A stretch of 64,000 nt of DNA from Salpingoeca rosetta (lineage: Eukaryota; Protista; Choanoflagellata): positions 1,074,941 to 1,138,940 of the forward strand of contig JAWQFM010000024.1 in NCBI GenBank assembly GCA_033442325.1, in the 5' to 3' direction. Position numbers and translations under genes: made by a program. The notes under the pieces are model-generated. The model was not told the DNA's origin, searched no databases, and saw nothing but the letters and a program-made list of their open reading frames with translations. Positions within the stretch are counted from its first letter, which is position 1. Each line of letters opens with the position of its first letter. Positions 1 to 38,886 of this stretch are shown here, piece by piece.

Positions 1-63
1 TCTTATTTCTCACCCCCTCCCTTCATCATCAACCCTTTCCTCTCATCATCGTCACCGCGCCAG

Positions 64-8209
<8,146 letters not shown>

Positions 8210-8253
8210 CATGGCATGACACGCGTGTTGGTTCCATTCGCTCATCCAACACA

Positions 8254-8333
<80 letters not shown>

Positions 8334-8608
8334 CGCACACACATTCGCTCTGCTTTGTCGTTTTGTTTGTAGCTTGTGCACAATTCACCTTTTCTGTATG
8401 ACTAGAGACATGGTTTTGTTCATGTCATGATTATTAGACACCGCTGTTGCTTGTTCTTCAGACACGCGCGTTTGCTTTCGTTTTTGTTTTATTTGGGGTT
8501 TGGCCGTGGTTGAGTGATGTGACGTGACACACCAGCAGACAATCAACACGAAACTAGCAGATTGAACACAAGCATTCTGGCGCAAAGAGAGGGAGAGAAA
8601 GAGGAGCA

Positions 8609-8685
<77 letters not shown>

Positions 8686-8808
8686 ACACAACACTCAAAT
8701 CAACTAGCAAGTGCAAAAGACGATCACATCACAACGTCCCCCACCCCTCTTCTGTTTGCCTAAGCCATCGCACACGTGCTGGTGTCAGGCCGTGCCAGCA
8801 GTTCACAC

Positions 8809-9690
8809 CTACACCTCTGCGTTGAGCACGCGCATGACGTCATCGAAGAATGGGATGCGGTTCTCGCGATCCCAGAGATGACCGAGACGCACCAGCACAA
8901 ACTTCTTGGAAGGAATGATCATGAGCATCTGCCCTTTGTAACCCTCGGCAATGATTGCCTCATGCGGAATGCACTGCGTCGTCCACGCGCTCTCCTCAAT
9001 GTGTTGCGCAATACACGCGGTGCGCGGGTCCTGCTGCAGTTGCGTCACGTTCTCGCGGCCGGCGGGTGGGTGCCACCATCCGCCAGAATAAATGTCATCG
9101 GTGACAGTCAGGCGCTTGAAGGTGAAGTCGCGAAGATATGACGCCGGCACCACTTGCTGCTCACCCCAGCGGCCGTGCTGGTATTGGAAGAAGCGTGGTG
9201 GAGGTGGAGGAGGAGAGGGTTGACGTGGCGTGGATTAGCGATGACAACCAATGTGGCAACCATGCCCGTGTGTGTGTGTGTATGTGTGTGTGTGTGTGCG
9301 TGTGTGTATAATATGTGTACGTGTGTGTGCATGCATGCATGCAACGTGTACGCGTTAGAAGGAGCGCAAGTGGAGTGATGTGATGGGATCATGAAACCAA
9401 GTTGCTCTAAGACATGCTCCATGTCCAAGGTTCTCCCTTTCCTTGAATGGCAAACTCACCTGCAAGTGGAGGACGCCGAAACGTGCCCAGTCGCGGGCGG
9501 TGGCAAACCCAAAGCTGCTGCCAACAAAGATGCCCTCGCTGTCCGTCTCCAGCACAAACGACTTTGCCCCAATGGGTGCAAACAGCTGATACAAGCAGTT
9601 GAGGGATGAGAAGTATGGGTGGTGAGGCACAAGGTACACAGGGACATAAGAACTGATGTGGTGGTGGGCTTGATTGTGTCGGTTGTCGGT

Positions 9691-9769
<79 letters not shown>

Positions 9770-11142
9770 AAGCATGCGAGCAGATGCAACGGAATGAAGT
9801 CTGCAACCTTTCCCAACCCCCCCCCCCCGCACACATGCACACACTCAATCCAATAGAAAGCCCTCACCTTCTCGTATGGGAAGCGCCAGTAGTCCCACCA
9901 GGAGGGAAAAGATTGGCGGAGCATCCAACTGGCCAAGTTAGTGGCCCCGCTGTTGTAGCACCAACGCTCGCCAGGCAGATGGGCGGGCGCCTTGTTGCGC
10001 GCAAACCCGGCCGTGGACCGCTCCAGGAACAGCATGCGCGCGGGGTCGTTGATCATGCCGTAGTGCTCGTTGTAGTCGAGGCCGTCCACCATGTGCAGGA
10101 GGTGGCGCAGCTGGATGAGGTCGTTGTCGACGCTCTCGTCCATGTCCAGGTAGCAAGAAGTGCGGGTAGGTAGGAAAAAATAAGTTTTACACTGGCTCCC
10201 TAACGTATCTTACAGTGCTTCCGGGATCCACGCAAGCATACGGCGATGTCATGCGATGAGGACTGTGCGACTACCTACGATGACGTAATTCTCCACACTG
10301 ATCACTATGTTCTCACTAGAGTGTATCCATATGCTCCTGGACCAGCCGAGCTGGGCGCTGTCTGCCGTGATGTTCAGCCAGGACGCGTACGACTCCGCCA
10401 CCAGCTTGCCGCAGTGCACGGCTGCGAGGCCGCGGGTGTGCTCCTGCTGCTGCTCTCCACGCTTGATCTCCGCATCGAAGATGGCCTGCAACGCCGCAAT
10501 CTCTTCCTCGCTCAGCCGCTCATCGTCACTGCACAGCGCCGTGTCACCAAAGTACCCAGTGCCATCATCATCATCGTTAGCATCATCGTTAACATCGCTG
10601 CTGCTGCTGCTGCGATGGTCGTCGGCCTGGCTCTCGCCGCTATTCCTGCTGCCTGTGCTGATCTCCTTGTCCTTATCTGCGGTGTGTGCTTGCGCTTGGC
10701 GAGGGCCGCCTGGCCTGAGCTGCGCCAGCAAAGACTGCAGCGCTCCCACCTCGGCTGCGTCTTGTTCGCTCTCCGCGGACACAGCGCGGTGGTACAGGTC
10801 CCTGGCAGCTTGCATGTGCGGCGAGAGCGGCTGCAGCACGCAGCCGTGCAGGCGGCTCACGTACACGGCGGAGGCGTTGGCAGCAAGGAACCGCGCCTCG
10901 TACGACTGCAGGTCTGCATCGTACCACACGCTGGCGTAGGGTGCGTACCCCTCTGCCTCGTAAGACGCCAGGCCAGCGTAGTCCACGTGCAGCACGTTCT
11001 CTGCAGTACACGCTGTCAGTGCCAGCACGGAGGAGATGATGGCCGTGGCATCCCGCAGCACCGTCTCGTACACCGCCCACGCCAACACCGCAGCAATCAC
11101 CGCTCCAAGCACCGCCAGCCGCACGCCTTTGCTCGGCTCCAT
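8809..11142 (-). CDS. Serine hydrolase, class C beta-lactamase/PBP-like family, with N-terminal membrane anchor; catalytic SxxK region anomalous
   Basis: ATG 11142 (MEPSKGVRLAVLGAVIAAVLAWAV). Motifs: HTRGLAAVHCGKLVAESYA, LGWS, IQLRHLLHMVDGLDYNE, WCYNSGATNL, ETDSEGIFVGSSFGFATARDWARFGVLHLQ, AEGYKGQMLMIIPSKKFVLVRLG. Interrupted at about 10150-10338. Confidence 0.85.
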
Positions 11143-11263
11143 ATTGGCGGCTGTGCTTGTGTGGGATTTGAGGTGTGTTTGCAAATTGCAGCAGTCGCAA
11201 TTGGCAAAGTACCAATCAGTTGTGACTGTTGCGGTCCTTGCTCGTTCACCACAACAACCGCTG
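11143..11263. promoter_or_regulatory. Probable bidirectional promoter between the hydrolase and msrA genes
   Basis: Divergent start codons only about 120 nt apart, if the 11264 ATG is real. Confidence 0.45.
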
Positions 11264-11335
11264 ATGCTTACCCACCTCATTCGCCGTCATTGCCTCTCGC
11301 CTCGCCTGTTCTCCACCACCTTCACCGGTGAGCCG

Positions 11336-11414
<79 letters not shown>

Positions 11415-12109
11415 TGTATGTGTGTGTGTGTGTGTGTTCGTTTGTGTTGTGTGGATGTGTGTGTGTGTGTTTGTGTTTGTGTATTTTGTGTGTGTGTGTG
11501 TGTGTATTTGTTTGACGTTGCCTGGCTGCAATATCGTCATGGTCGTGTCATATCACAAGCAAACTCGCACGCCGACTCACAACATCAGTGCTGCTGCTGC
11601 TTCTGCACCTGGTGGTGGTGGTGTTCTCCTCGGCGCGCTCTTCCTCCTGTTCCCCGTCCCTCTCACACTCCGCAACTGACGCTGTCTCCACGCCTGCACC
11701 GCCCGTGGGAACACCGACGCCAACCACCACCACGACGACGCACCCGACGTTGACGTCGTTGTTCACTTCACTTTCCGACCGCGCCACCGCAGCAGCACGC
11801 GCCGTCAGCATGTTTGCCGCCTGTCGACAGCCTGCCATGGTCTCCAAGGACAAGGCGCTCCCTGGCCGGGATGAGGAGATGAAAATCTCCGACAAGCACT
11901 TTGTCCTCGGGAACCCCATGAAGCCACCGTTCCCAGACAACATGGAGCAAGTCGTTGTCGCCACAGGCTGCTTCTGGGGTGCGCCCTCTGCCTTGCCCCC
12001 TGACCCCTGCTACTTTTGGCGCTGCGTGTCCATGTACATGTCCATGGCGTTGTTTGGTTTTGCGTGTCGACGCCTGCCAACCGGCGCCAGCGACTCTTGT
12101 TCATTCTGC

Positions 12110-12159
<50 letters not shown>

Positions 12160-12315
12160 CAAAATAGGCACGGAGCGGCTGTTCTACAAGCGCCTGCCTG
12201 GAGTGTACACAACCGCTGTTGGCTACATCAACGGTGAGTTGCCTGTCAACAACGATTAATGGAGGTACATGCGTCCCCTGTCCACACTCAGCGACAACAC
12301 TCATCCTCCTGCTTC

Positions 12316-12405
<90 letters not shown>

Positions 12406-12615
12406 ATTATCCGGAACTCGTTCAGGTTTCACCAAGAACCCGACATACAAGGAAGTGTGCACCGGAAGGACAGGCCACACGGAGGCTGTGCTTGTCGTGT
12501 TTGATCCAGCCAAGGTACTCTAACCTTCATCATGTTGCCCTTGCTCGTGAGCCAAGTACGCAGGCACGTATGTGTCATCACGATAGCCTCCGCAGTGCCC
12601 CCGCTTTTGCTCCCG

Positions 12616-12672
<57 letters not shown>

Positions 12673-13264
12673 ACATGCACACATGCACACATGCACCACG
12701 TGCCAGGCGTCGTTTGCCGACCTGCTGAAGATCTTCTGGGAGTCGCACAACCCCACGCACGGGTTCCGCCAGGGCCCAGATGTGGGCACACAGTACCGCA
12801 GCGGCATCTACTGCACAACCGACAAGCAGATGCGCCTTGCCGAGGCATCGAAGAAGGCGTATCAGGCCAAGCTCGACGGCAAGGCCATCACCACGGAGAT
12901 TGTGGCCTGTCCAACCTTCTACTACGCCGAGGACTATCACCAGCAGTACCTCGACAAGCCAGGCAACCGCCAATACTGCGGAGCCGCACCAACAGGTGCC
13001 GTATGCGCTGGTCGTGTGGTGTGTGCGCTGGTCATGTGGTGTGTGTGTGTGTGTGTGTGTGTCTGTGTGTTTACCTTTTGGTGCCTCGTTAGCCTGTTCT
13101 ATGCAGTGCAATGCCCTGCTCATTCCACCTCCCTCTTGGCACCATCAGGCGAAGCGCTGCCGCCGCCGTTGGAATGGGATCTGAGCGACGAGGACAAGGC
13201 CAGCACCTCCACCAACCCAGACGTTTGGAGCAAGGTCTGGGCAGGCTGTGTCTTTGGCGAGTGA
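11264..13264 (+). CDS. msrA: Peptide methionine sulfoxide reductase A
   Basis: ATGCFWG|TERLF, YING|[57 protein letters not shown] across GT-AG exons. Start uncertain: ATG 11264 (exon 11264-11327), 11810 or 11837. Confidence 0.95.
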
Positions 13265-13784
13265 GCACTGGAACTTGGTTGGTGGTGGTGTTCGTATCGA
13301 TTGCGGTTTTGTTGGAGACGGGTGACATCAATTGCGGTTTTGTTGACGATGTGTTGCTTGCTGCTTTGTCAGTGGCGTGTCGATTGTCATTTTGTCGTTC
13401 AATGTGTGTGTGTGTGTTTGTACGAGGAAGATGTGAGTGTTGATTCAATTGAGTTTGCACACAACAGAGGCATGAACAAACGAACCAAGCACACACAGAG
13501 CAACAGCAACACGAACAGCAAGAACACAAAGCAACAGCGAAAGAACCAACAACAGAAGCAGGGTTGAACTGTTAAACAGACAACACAAACAACACGAGGA
13601 GAACCACGGCGCGGGGTGGCATGCATGATGCAAGCACGTGAGCGCTGCTGCGGTGGGCGAATCAAAGTCTTGTATGGCTTTATGGCGGATGGGCAGACTA
13701 TTCGTTGCGTGGGATGGGTTGTTGGGTGTATCAGATAGTTTGGTCGGTTGCGGGGATTGGTTGATGCAGCGCAACAGCTGGTGC

Positions 13785-32807
<19,023 letters not shown>

Positions 32808-33235
32808 GGTGCAGGATGAAAGGGAGTGCGCCCGCTTCCTCGCTGACTTGCGCGGGAGAATGTCAATCAATAGAGCACAAAGCGAACCACGAACAAAGAG
32901 AGAACCAGCAACAAACAACACGCAGGGGGTGTGCAGTGTACGAGGCGTGGTGGTGGTGTGGTGAAAATGAACAGCAGCACGGACGGAGGAAGGCAGTCAC
33001 AACGAAATGTGTCCGCAGACAACACTGCACTTTATGCTGTCGGTCGTGAAACCAGCGAAACAAGCGCTTGTTGGCGTGGTGTGTCTTCACGCCGCCCGAC
33101 CTTGGCTTTGCGGACTTCCATCCACCCACTCATCAGACCTCACCATCTCACCATCACATCTCAATCAACAGCACGGCTCACAGCATTGTCACGGCTCACA
33201 GCATTGTCACGTCTTGCGTCAGATCACATCACACC
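32808..33235. promoter_or_regulatory. Probable bidirectional promoter between SMCHD1 and the ARM-ankyrin gene
   Basis: 428-nt divergent gap containing an 18-nt direct repeat, CACGGCTCACAGCATTGT x2 (33172-33207). Confidence 0.5.
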
Positions 33236-33751
33236 ATGGGCCGCCGGCGGGCTGCGCGACACGACGCTGTCGCCACAACCTCGTCGGTTGGACTGAAGAG
33301 CAAAGACAAGAATACTAGCAGCAGCAACAACAACAACAAGCAAGCAGGCGCTGCGGACAACGTGCGGACCAAAGGTGGCAATGCCAGCAGCAACCACCAC
33401 AATGCGGGGAGCAACCACGTCGCATCGGCGTCAAGCAGCGGAGCCAGCAGCGCAACCAGCAGCCGACACAACTCCAGCGCCGGTGCAAAGGCAAAACAGG
33501 CGTGTTTGGCTGCAGCACGCAAGGCGGGCCGGCGCAAGGGCGCTGCCAACACTGCCCACAACAGCCATGCCAGCTCACGCCTGCGTGGCCACCATCGCGG
33601 TGGAAGCAGCGCAAGCGCACCAAGCAGTCGGACCGGCAGCCGCCGTGGCAGCGCTGACCTTTTGCTTGCCAGCGCACCTGACACAAGGTCAAGCAACACT
33701 GCCGCCCCGGAAGCCATCAGAGCAATCACAGCTGCCCGCCCGCCACACCAA

Positions 33752-33791
<40 letters not shown>

Positions 33792-34957
33792 TTGTGCCCG
33801 GTGTTTCCGAAGCGCTGCAGCTTGATATGGGCGATGTGCGGCCACTGGCGAATTTGGATGAGCTGTGGGAGTCGACCACCAACCTGGCCGATGCCATGGC
33901 ATATGTGCAAGCGCTGCCCGCGGACTCACAGGACCGCGACAACGCATACAACGCCGTCGTGCTGCGCTTCCTGCCCCTCATTGGCAGAACCAGCAAACAC
34001 CAAGGTGGCGTGACTGGTGGTGGTGGTCGTGATTGCAGTCGTGGTGGTGGTTGCGGTTGTCGCTGTGGTTGTCGCTGTGGTCGTCGTGACGAGCCATTTC
34101 GTCGCCGCCCTTGCGTCGTTCATACACTCACATTCCCGCGCCACGTGCTGCTTTTGTTCTGCACGTCATTGTTGTGCGCAGGCTCTGCGTATGTCCGCAA
34201 GTCCTTTGAAGATGACTTTGCCGTCAACCACGTGAGTGAATGTATGCTCGTTGATAACGAGTCGACACGTGACGTGCGACGACCGGAGTACCAATTCAAC
34301 ACTGTTGCTGCTGTTGGCATCTTTGTACATCACCTCATTCGCACATACACACATGCACGCATGCATGAGCTCACACACACGCACGCACTCTCACTCGCTC
34401 ACACACGCACACGCACACGCACTCTCTCTCACTCACTCACTCTCTCACACACACACACATACACACACACGCATGTGGCAATGACAGCTGGTTGCGCGGA
34501 TGAAGAGCACGCGCGATGTTGGCGTCCTCAACACGTGCATCAACTCCCTGTGTGCGCTGTCCACGCATCCGACCAACGTGGTCGCCATGTGCACCGCGGG
34601 CCTCCACAAGCCCGTCCTCCAGGCCGCACGCACACACATCCGCAACGATGCGCTCATCAAGGTACAGTGTGTGTGTGTGTGTGTGTGTGTGTGTTCGCGT
34701 TTTGTTGTTGGTCTTTGCATGGCACCCTTCTCACAGCACGAGCCACACACCATCACCTGCGCCCCAACACAATCACAGCTGGCCGCCGCCACCCTCAGCA
34801 ATTTGGCGCTGCACCACAACACGGGCACCACTCTCCTCAGAGGTGTGCGTGTGTGTGTTATGTGTGTGTTGCTTGTGTGTGTGTGTGTGTTATGTGTGTG
34901 TTGCTTGTGTGTGTGTGTGTGTGTGTGTTATGTGTGTGTTGCTTGTGTGTGTGTTGC

Positions 34958-34988
<31 letters not shown>

Positions 34989-35316
34989 GTGCGTGTGCGT
35001 GTGTTGTGTGTGTGTGTGTGCGTTGCTTGTGGGATTGTGATTCTGTGGACATTCTTAATCCCGTACTGCATGGGACACACGTGTGCTCCGTCGTTAATAC
35101 ATCCTCCCCCCCCCACAACCATGTCACCACCACCCCGCCCTGCCTTTGTGTTCTTCAGCCAACGTGCACACGCTGTGCTCGCTGCTGCTTGAGGAGTGCG
35201 GTGCCAGCGACCTGATCACAGAGTGCACCATCACCTGCCTCGCCAACCTCGCCAACGCCCGCGACGCAACCGTTGGCCGCGCACTCGTCAGCCACGACCT
35301 CCACACCGCTTGCATC

Positions 35317-35372
<56 letters not shown>

Positions 35373-36433
35373 GGAAGGGGGAGCTGCCATCACAACCTTC
35401 CGACAGACAGAAACCCACTCACTCGCATTCCCCAAATACACACGCACACAATACAACACACAATCACATTCACCACTGCCTACTGGCCAGACTGCTTGAG
35501 ACGACGGCGCACGCCGGCATCCGCTACCACGTGTCGCTCTTCCTGAACAATCTCTCTGTGCACGAGCAGAACCACCCGGCCCTCATATCTGCGGGCGCAA
35601 TCGCAGCAGCCGTCACCACCCTCGCACACCACCACGCACACGTGCGCCGCCCCTGCTGTGTGATGCTGTGTGATGCTGTGTGATGCTGTGTGATGCTGTG
35701 TGATGCTCTGCGTGCGTGCGTGCGTGTGTGTGTATGTGTGTGTGCGTGTGCATGTGTGTGTGTACCAACTGACCACGCGTGATCCCCCTTGACATTCACC
35801 ACCACCCCCCCCCTTCCTCCTCATCATCACTCTTCACTATGACCAGGCCAAGCTGTGTGAGTGCCTGTTGGGAATGCTTGCGCGTCTGTTCCGCGCCGGC
35901 GTTGCCGACCGCATCCCAAGACCACAGGCCGAGGTGCTGCTGCGTGTCACTCACAATGGCTGTCTCCATGGCGTGGTTGTTGCTGTCTCAATTTGTCGTG
36001 GTGGCTAATGGCTGCTTGTGAACCCACGTGCACACAACCTCCTCTCCTTTCACAGTCTTCATTCACCCACCGTCACTCGCTCATCACCACCACATCACCG
36101 TCACTATCATCAACACCTCCACCCCCACCACCATCACCACCACCACAGGAGGCGATTGTGGCTGCAATGCGGGCCCACCCGCGTGCACCTCCCGTCCAGA
36201 CGTACGGCTGCGTCTCTCTCCTCTCCCTTGCCGCCGTGCTCACCCTGCAGGAGCGCGTCGCTCTCACCGCCACGCTGACGACGCACAGCCCCACGATGAA
36301 CGCGGGCCTCGTTGCAGCGTGCACGCGCGGAGACGAACACGTTGTCAACGCCTACATCAAGGTGGCGGCACTTGCACGCAATGGCAGCTTCGTTTGCGCG
36401 CGCGCGTGTCTGTCTGTGTGCGTACGTGTGCGT

Positions 36434-36515
<82 letters not shown>

Positions 36516-37235
36516 TGGGGTGTGTGGCTTGTCGTTTTGTTTTGTTTGACTTTGTTGTTTTATTGCCTCACTTACGCTCAACATACCGCCACGCACCCAA
36601 CCACACAACACATTTAACACGCATCTACAACACATGTACGCATGTACCTGAGCAGCTGTTTGACTGCGACGTGAACGCGTGTGAACCCCACCAGCAACAG
36701 CAGCAACATGGGCCGGCTGCTGGTGGTGGCAGTGGTGGTCGATCACCGCTCGTGTGCGCCATCATGAACGGCCACCAGGACACCGTCAAGATTCTCCTCG
36801 CAAACAACGCACAGGTTTGTCACCGCTAGCAAGCAACGCGGCACTATTTGCCCCGAGCAATGGAGAGAGACACAGAGAGAGAGAGAGAGACAGAGAATGT
36901 GTGTGTGTGTGCGTGTGTGTGTGTGTGTGTGCGTGCGTGTTTGCGTGTGTGTGTGCGTGCGTGTTTGAGCGATGATGGACTGCACATGTTATTTGGCATT
37001 GCGTACTCCCTCACGGCTCCACCCCCATTCCCGCTTCCCCGGCTCCCCCCTGCGCCCAGACGCCGACCAAGACAATGTTTTCGCGCATGGTCGAGCGCGT
37101 CTTCTGCAACAAGAACGCCGATCTTCGATTCCGGCAGATGCTCTGTCTTGAAATTGTTCGCCAATGCACAGACGCCGACGAGTGGTACGAGAGGCGTGGT
37201 CGTCGCATTGCTTGTGCTGTTCTTGTTGCTGATTA

Positions 37236-37317
<82 letters not shown>

Positions 37318-37919
37318 GCTTGCAAGCTTTCTCGCGCTGTCTCACAAACACACACGTGCACACACCTCCCACGCGCCCACACTCGCTTTCACACACACAC
37401 GCACACTCTGTCAAACACACACATGCCTCCCACACACCTATCAAACCACCTCCACCATCATCACCACCACGGCAGCGGCGTGCCCCGGCTGGACCTGTGC
37501 TGCTTCGGCGGCAACAAGAGCATTCAGGCACTGCTCGGGAAGCCATCGCAGTCGTCATCGTCATCAGCAGCAGCCGGCGGGAACACCACGACGTGCACAG
37601 ACACATCAACATCATCATCAACATCGTCATCAAAGCCACCCTGTTCATTCTCATCATCAGCCGCAGCAGCACCCTCATCACTATCATCGTCGTCATCGCC
37701 GCGCGTAAAGGACCTGCGTGTCGGCCACCACCGACTAGAGCGGTTGAATGCGGCGACACAGGCGCTGCGGCGACGGGCGGGCTTTCCCCCCGATGGCGGT
37801 GGACACACACACAAGCACAGGCAGGCCGCGGTGGCAGCAGTGGCACGCCAGCAGCAGCAGCAGGTGGGTATGTGTGCGTGTGTGCCTACGTATGTGTACG
37901 TATGTGTGTGTGCGTGTGC

Positions 37920-37971
<52 letters not shown>

Positions 37972-38482
37972 GTGTGCGCGTGTGTGCGCGTGTGTGTGTG
38001 TGTTGAACGTGGCCCACAAGCCTGCATGCCTGGTATCGTAGCGTGCAGCTCATTCATGCCCCACCACCACATATACCATGTTGTGCACTCAGGCTGCTAC
38101 TGCCGCCAACTGGCTCGACCGCTGGCTCCTGCACATTGACCAGATTCTCCTCCACTCCGTCTTCGACGCCCAGACGGGCGAACTGGTGCGCACGTGCGTG
38201 TGGTGGGGGGTGTTGTGTGCTTGTGTCTGTGTGTGTATGTGTGTCTGTGTGTTTGTGATTGAACACCGTTTTGCATGAGTACCATGGCCTCCATGACGTG
38301 ATGGAGCTGCGTCTCTCACCCTGTCACCCTCATACCCTTTCACACACACCCTTTCACACACACCCTGTCACCCTCATACCCTTTCACACACTCTCTTTCA
38401 CACACACCCTGTCACCCTCATACCCTTTCACACACTCTCTTTCACACACACCCTGTCACCCTCATACCCTTTCACGCACACC

Positions 38483-38568
<86 letters not shown>

Positions 38569-38692
38569 CACACAAACACACACACACAAACACACAACAC
38601 AGATGCTGCTGCGTGCTGCGCTGCTGGTGATTGGGTCGTCGTTGCTGGCTGGCCTCGCCGTTGGTGCCGCACTCATACTCCTCACCACATAG
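33236..38692 (+). CDS. Armadillo-repeat plus ankyrin-repeat protein with C-terminal transmembrane tail anchor
   Basis: ARM-like helices ([61 protein letters not shown]). Ankyrin [25 protein letters not shown]. Last exon 38603-38692 [29 protein letters not shown]. Confidence 0.75.
38319..38490 (+). repeat. Intronic minisatellite, about 44-nt unit x4
   Basis: CCCTGTCACCCTCATACCCTTTCACACAC(A/T)C(C/T)CTTTCACACACA repeated. Confidence 0.9.
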
Positions 38693-38886
38693 CACCACCA
38701 CCACCACCACCACCGATGCACGTATCAATGTGTCGAGTGCTCGTGTCAAGCAATGAACCAAACAAAGCCCAAGAAGTGAGTCATCATCGCAGTCACACAC
38801 ACAAACAACAAAGACGACGCAACCAACACACGCACATCGCCTCTCGTCCTCGCCACGCTCTGCCTCCTGCTCTCTCTCCCTGCGTG

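Noticed and set aside
10253-10301. C/D snoRNA-like boxes (GCGATGA..CTGA) inside the anomalous patch
   Set aside because: The C box is imperfect, the unit is too short, and I see no rRNA-complementary guide.
38319-38490. CRISPR-like array
   Set aside because: Head-to-tail minisatellite with no unique spacers and no cas genes.
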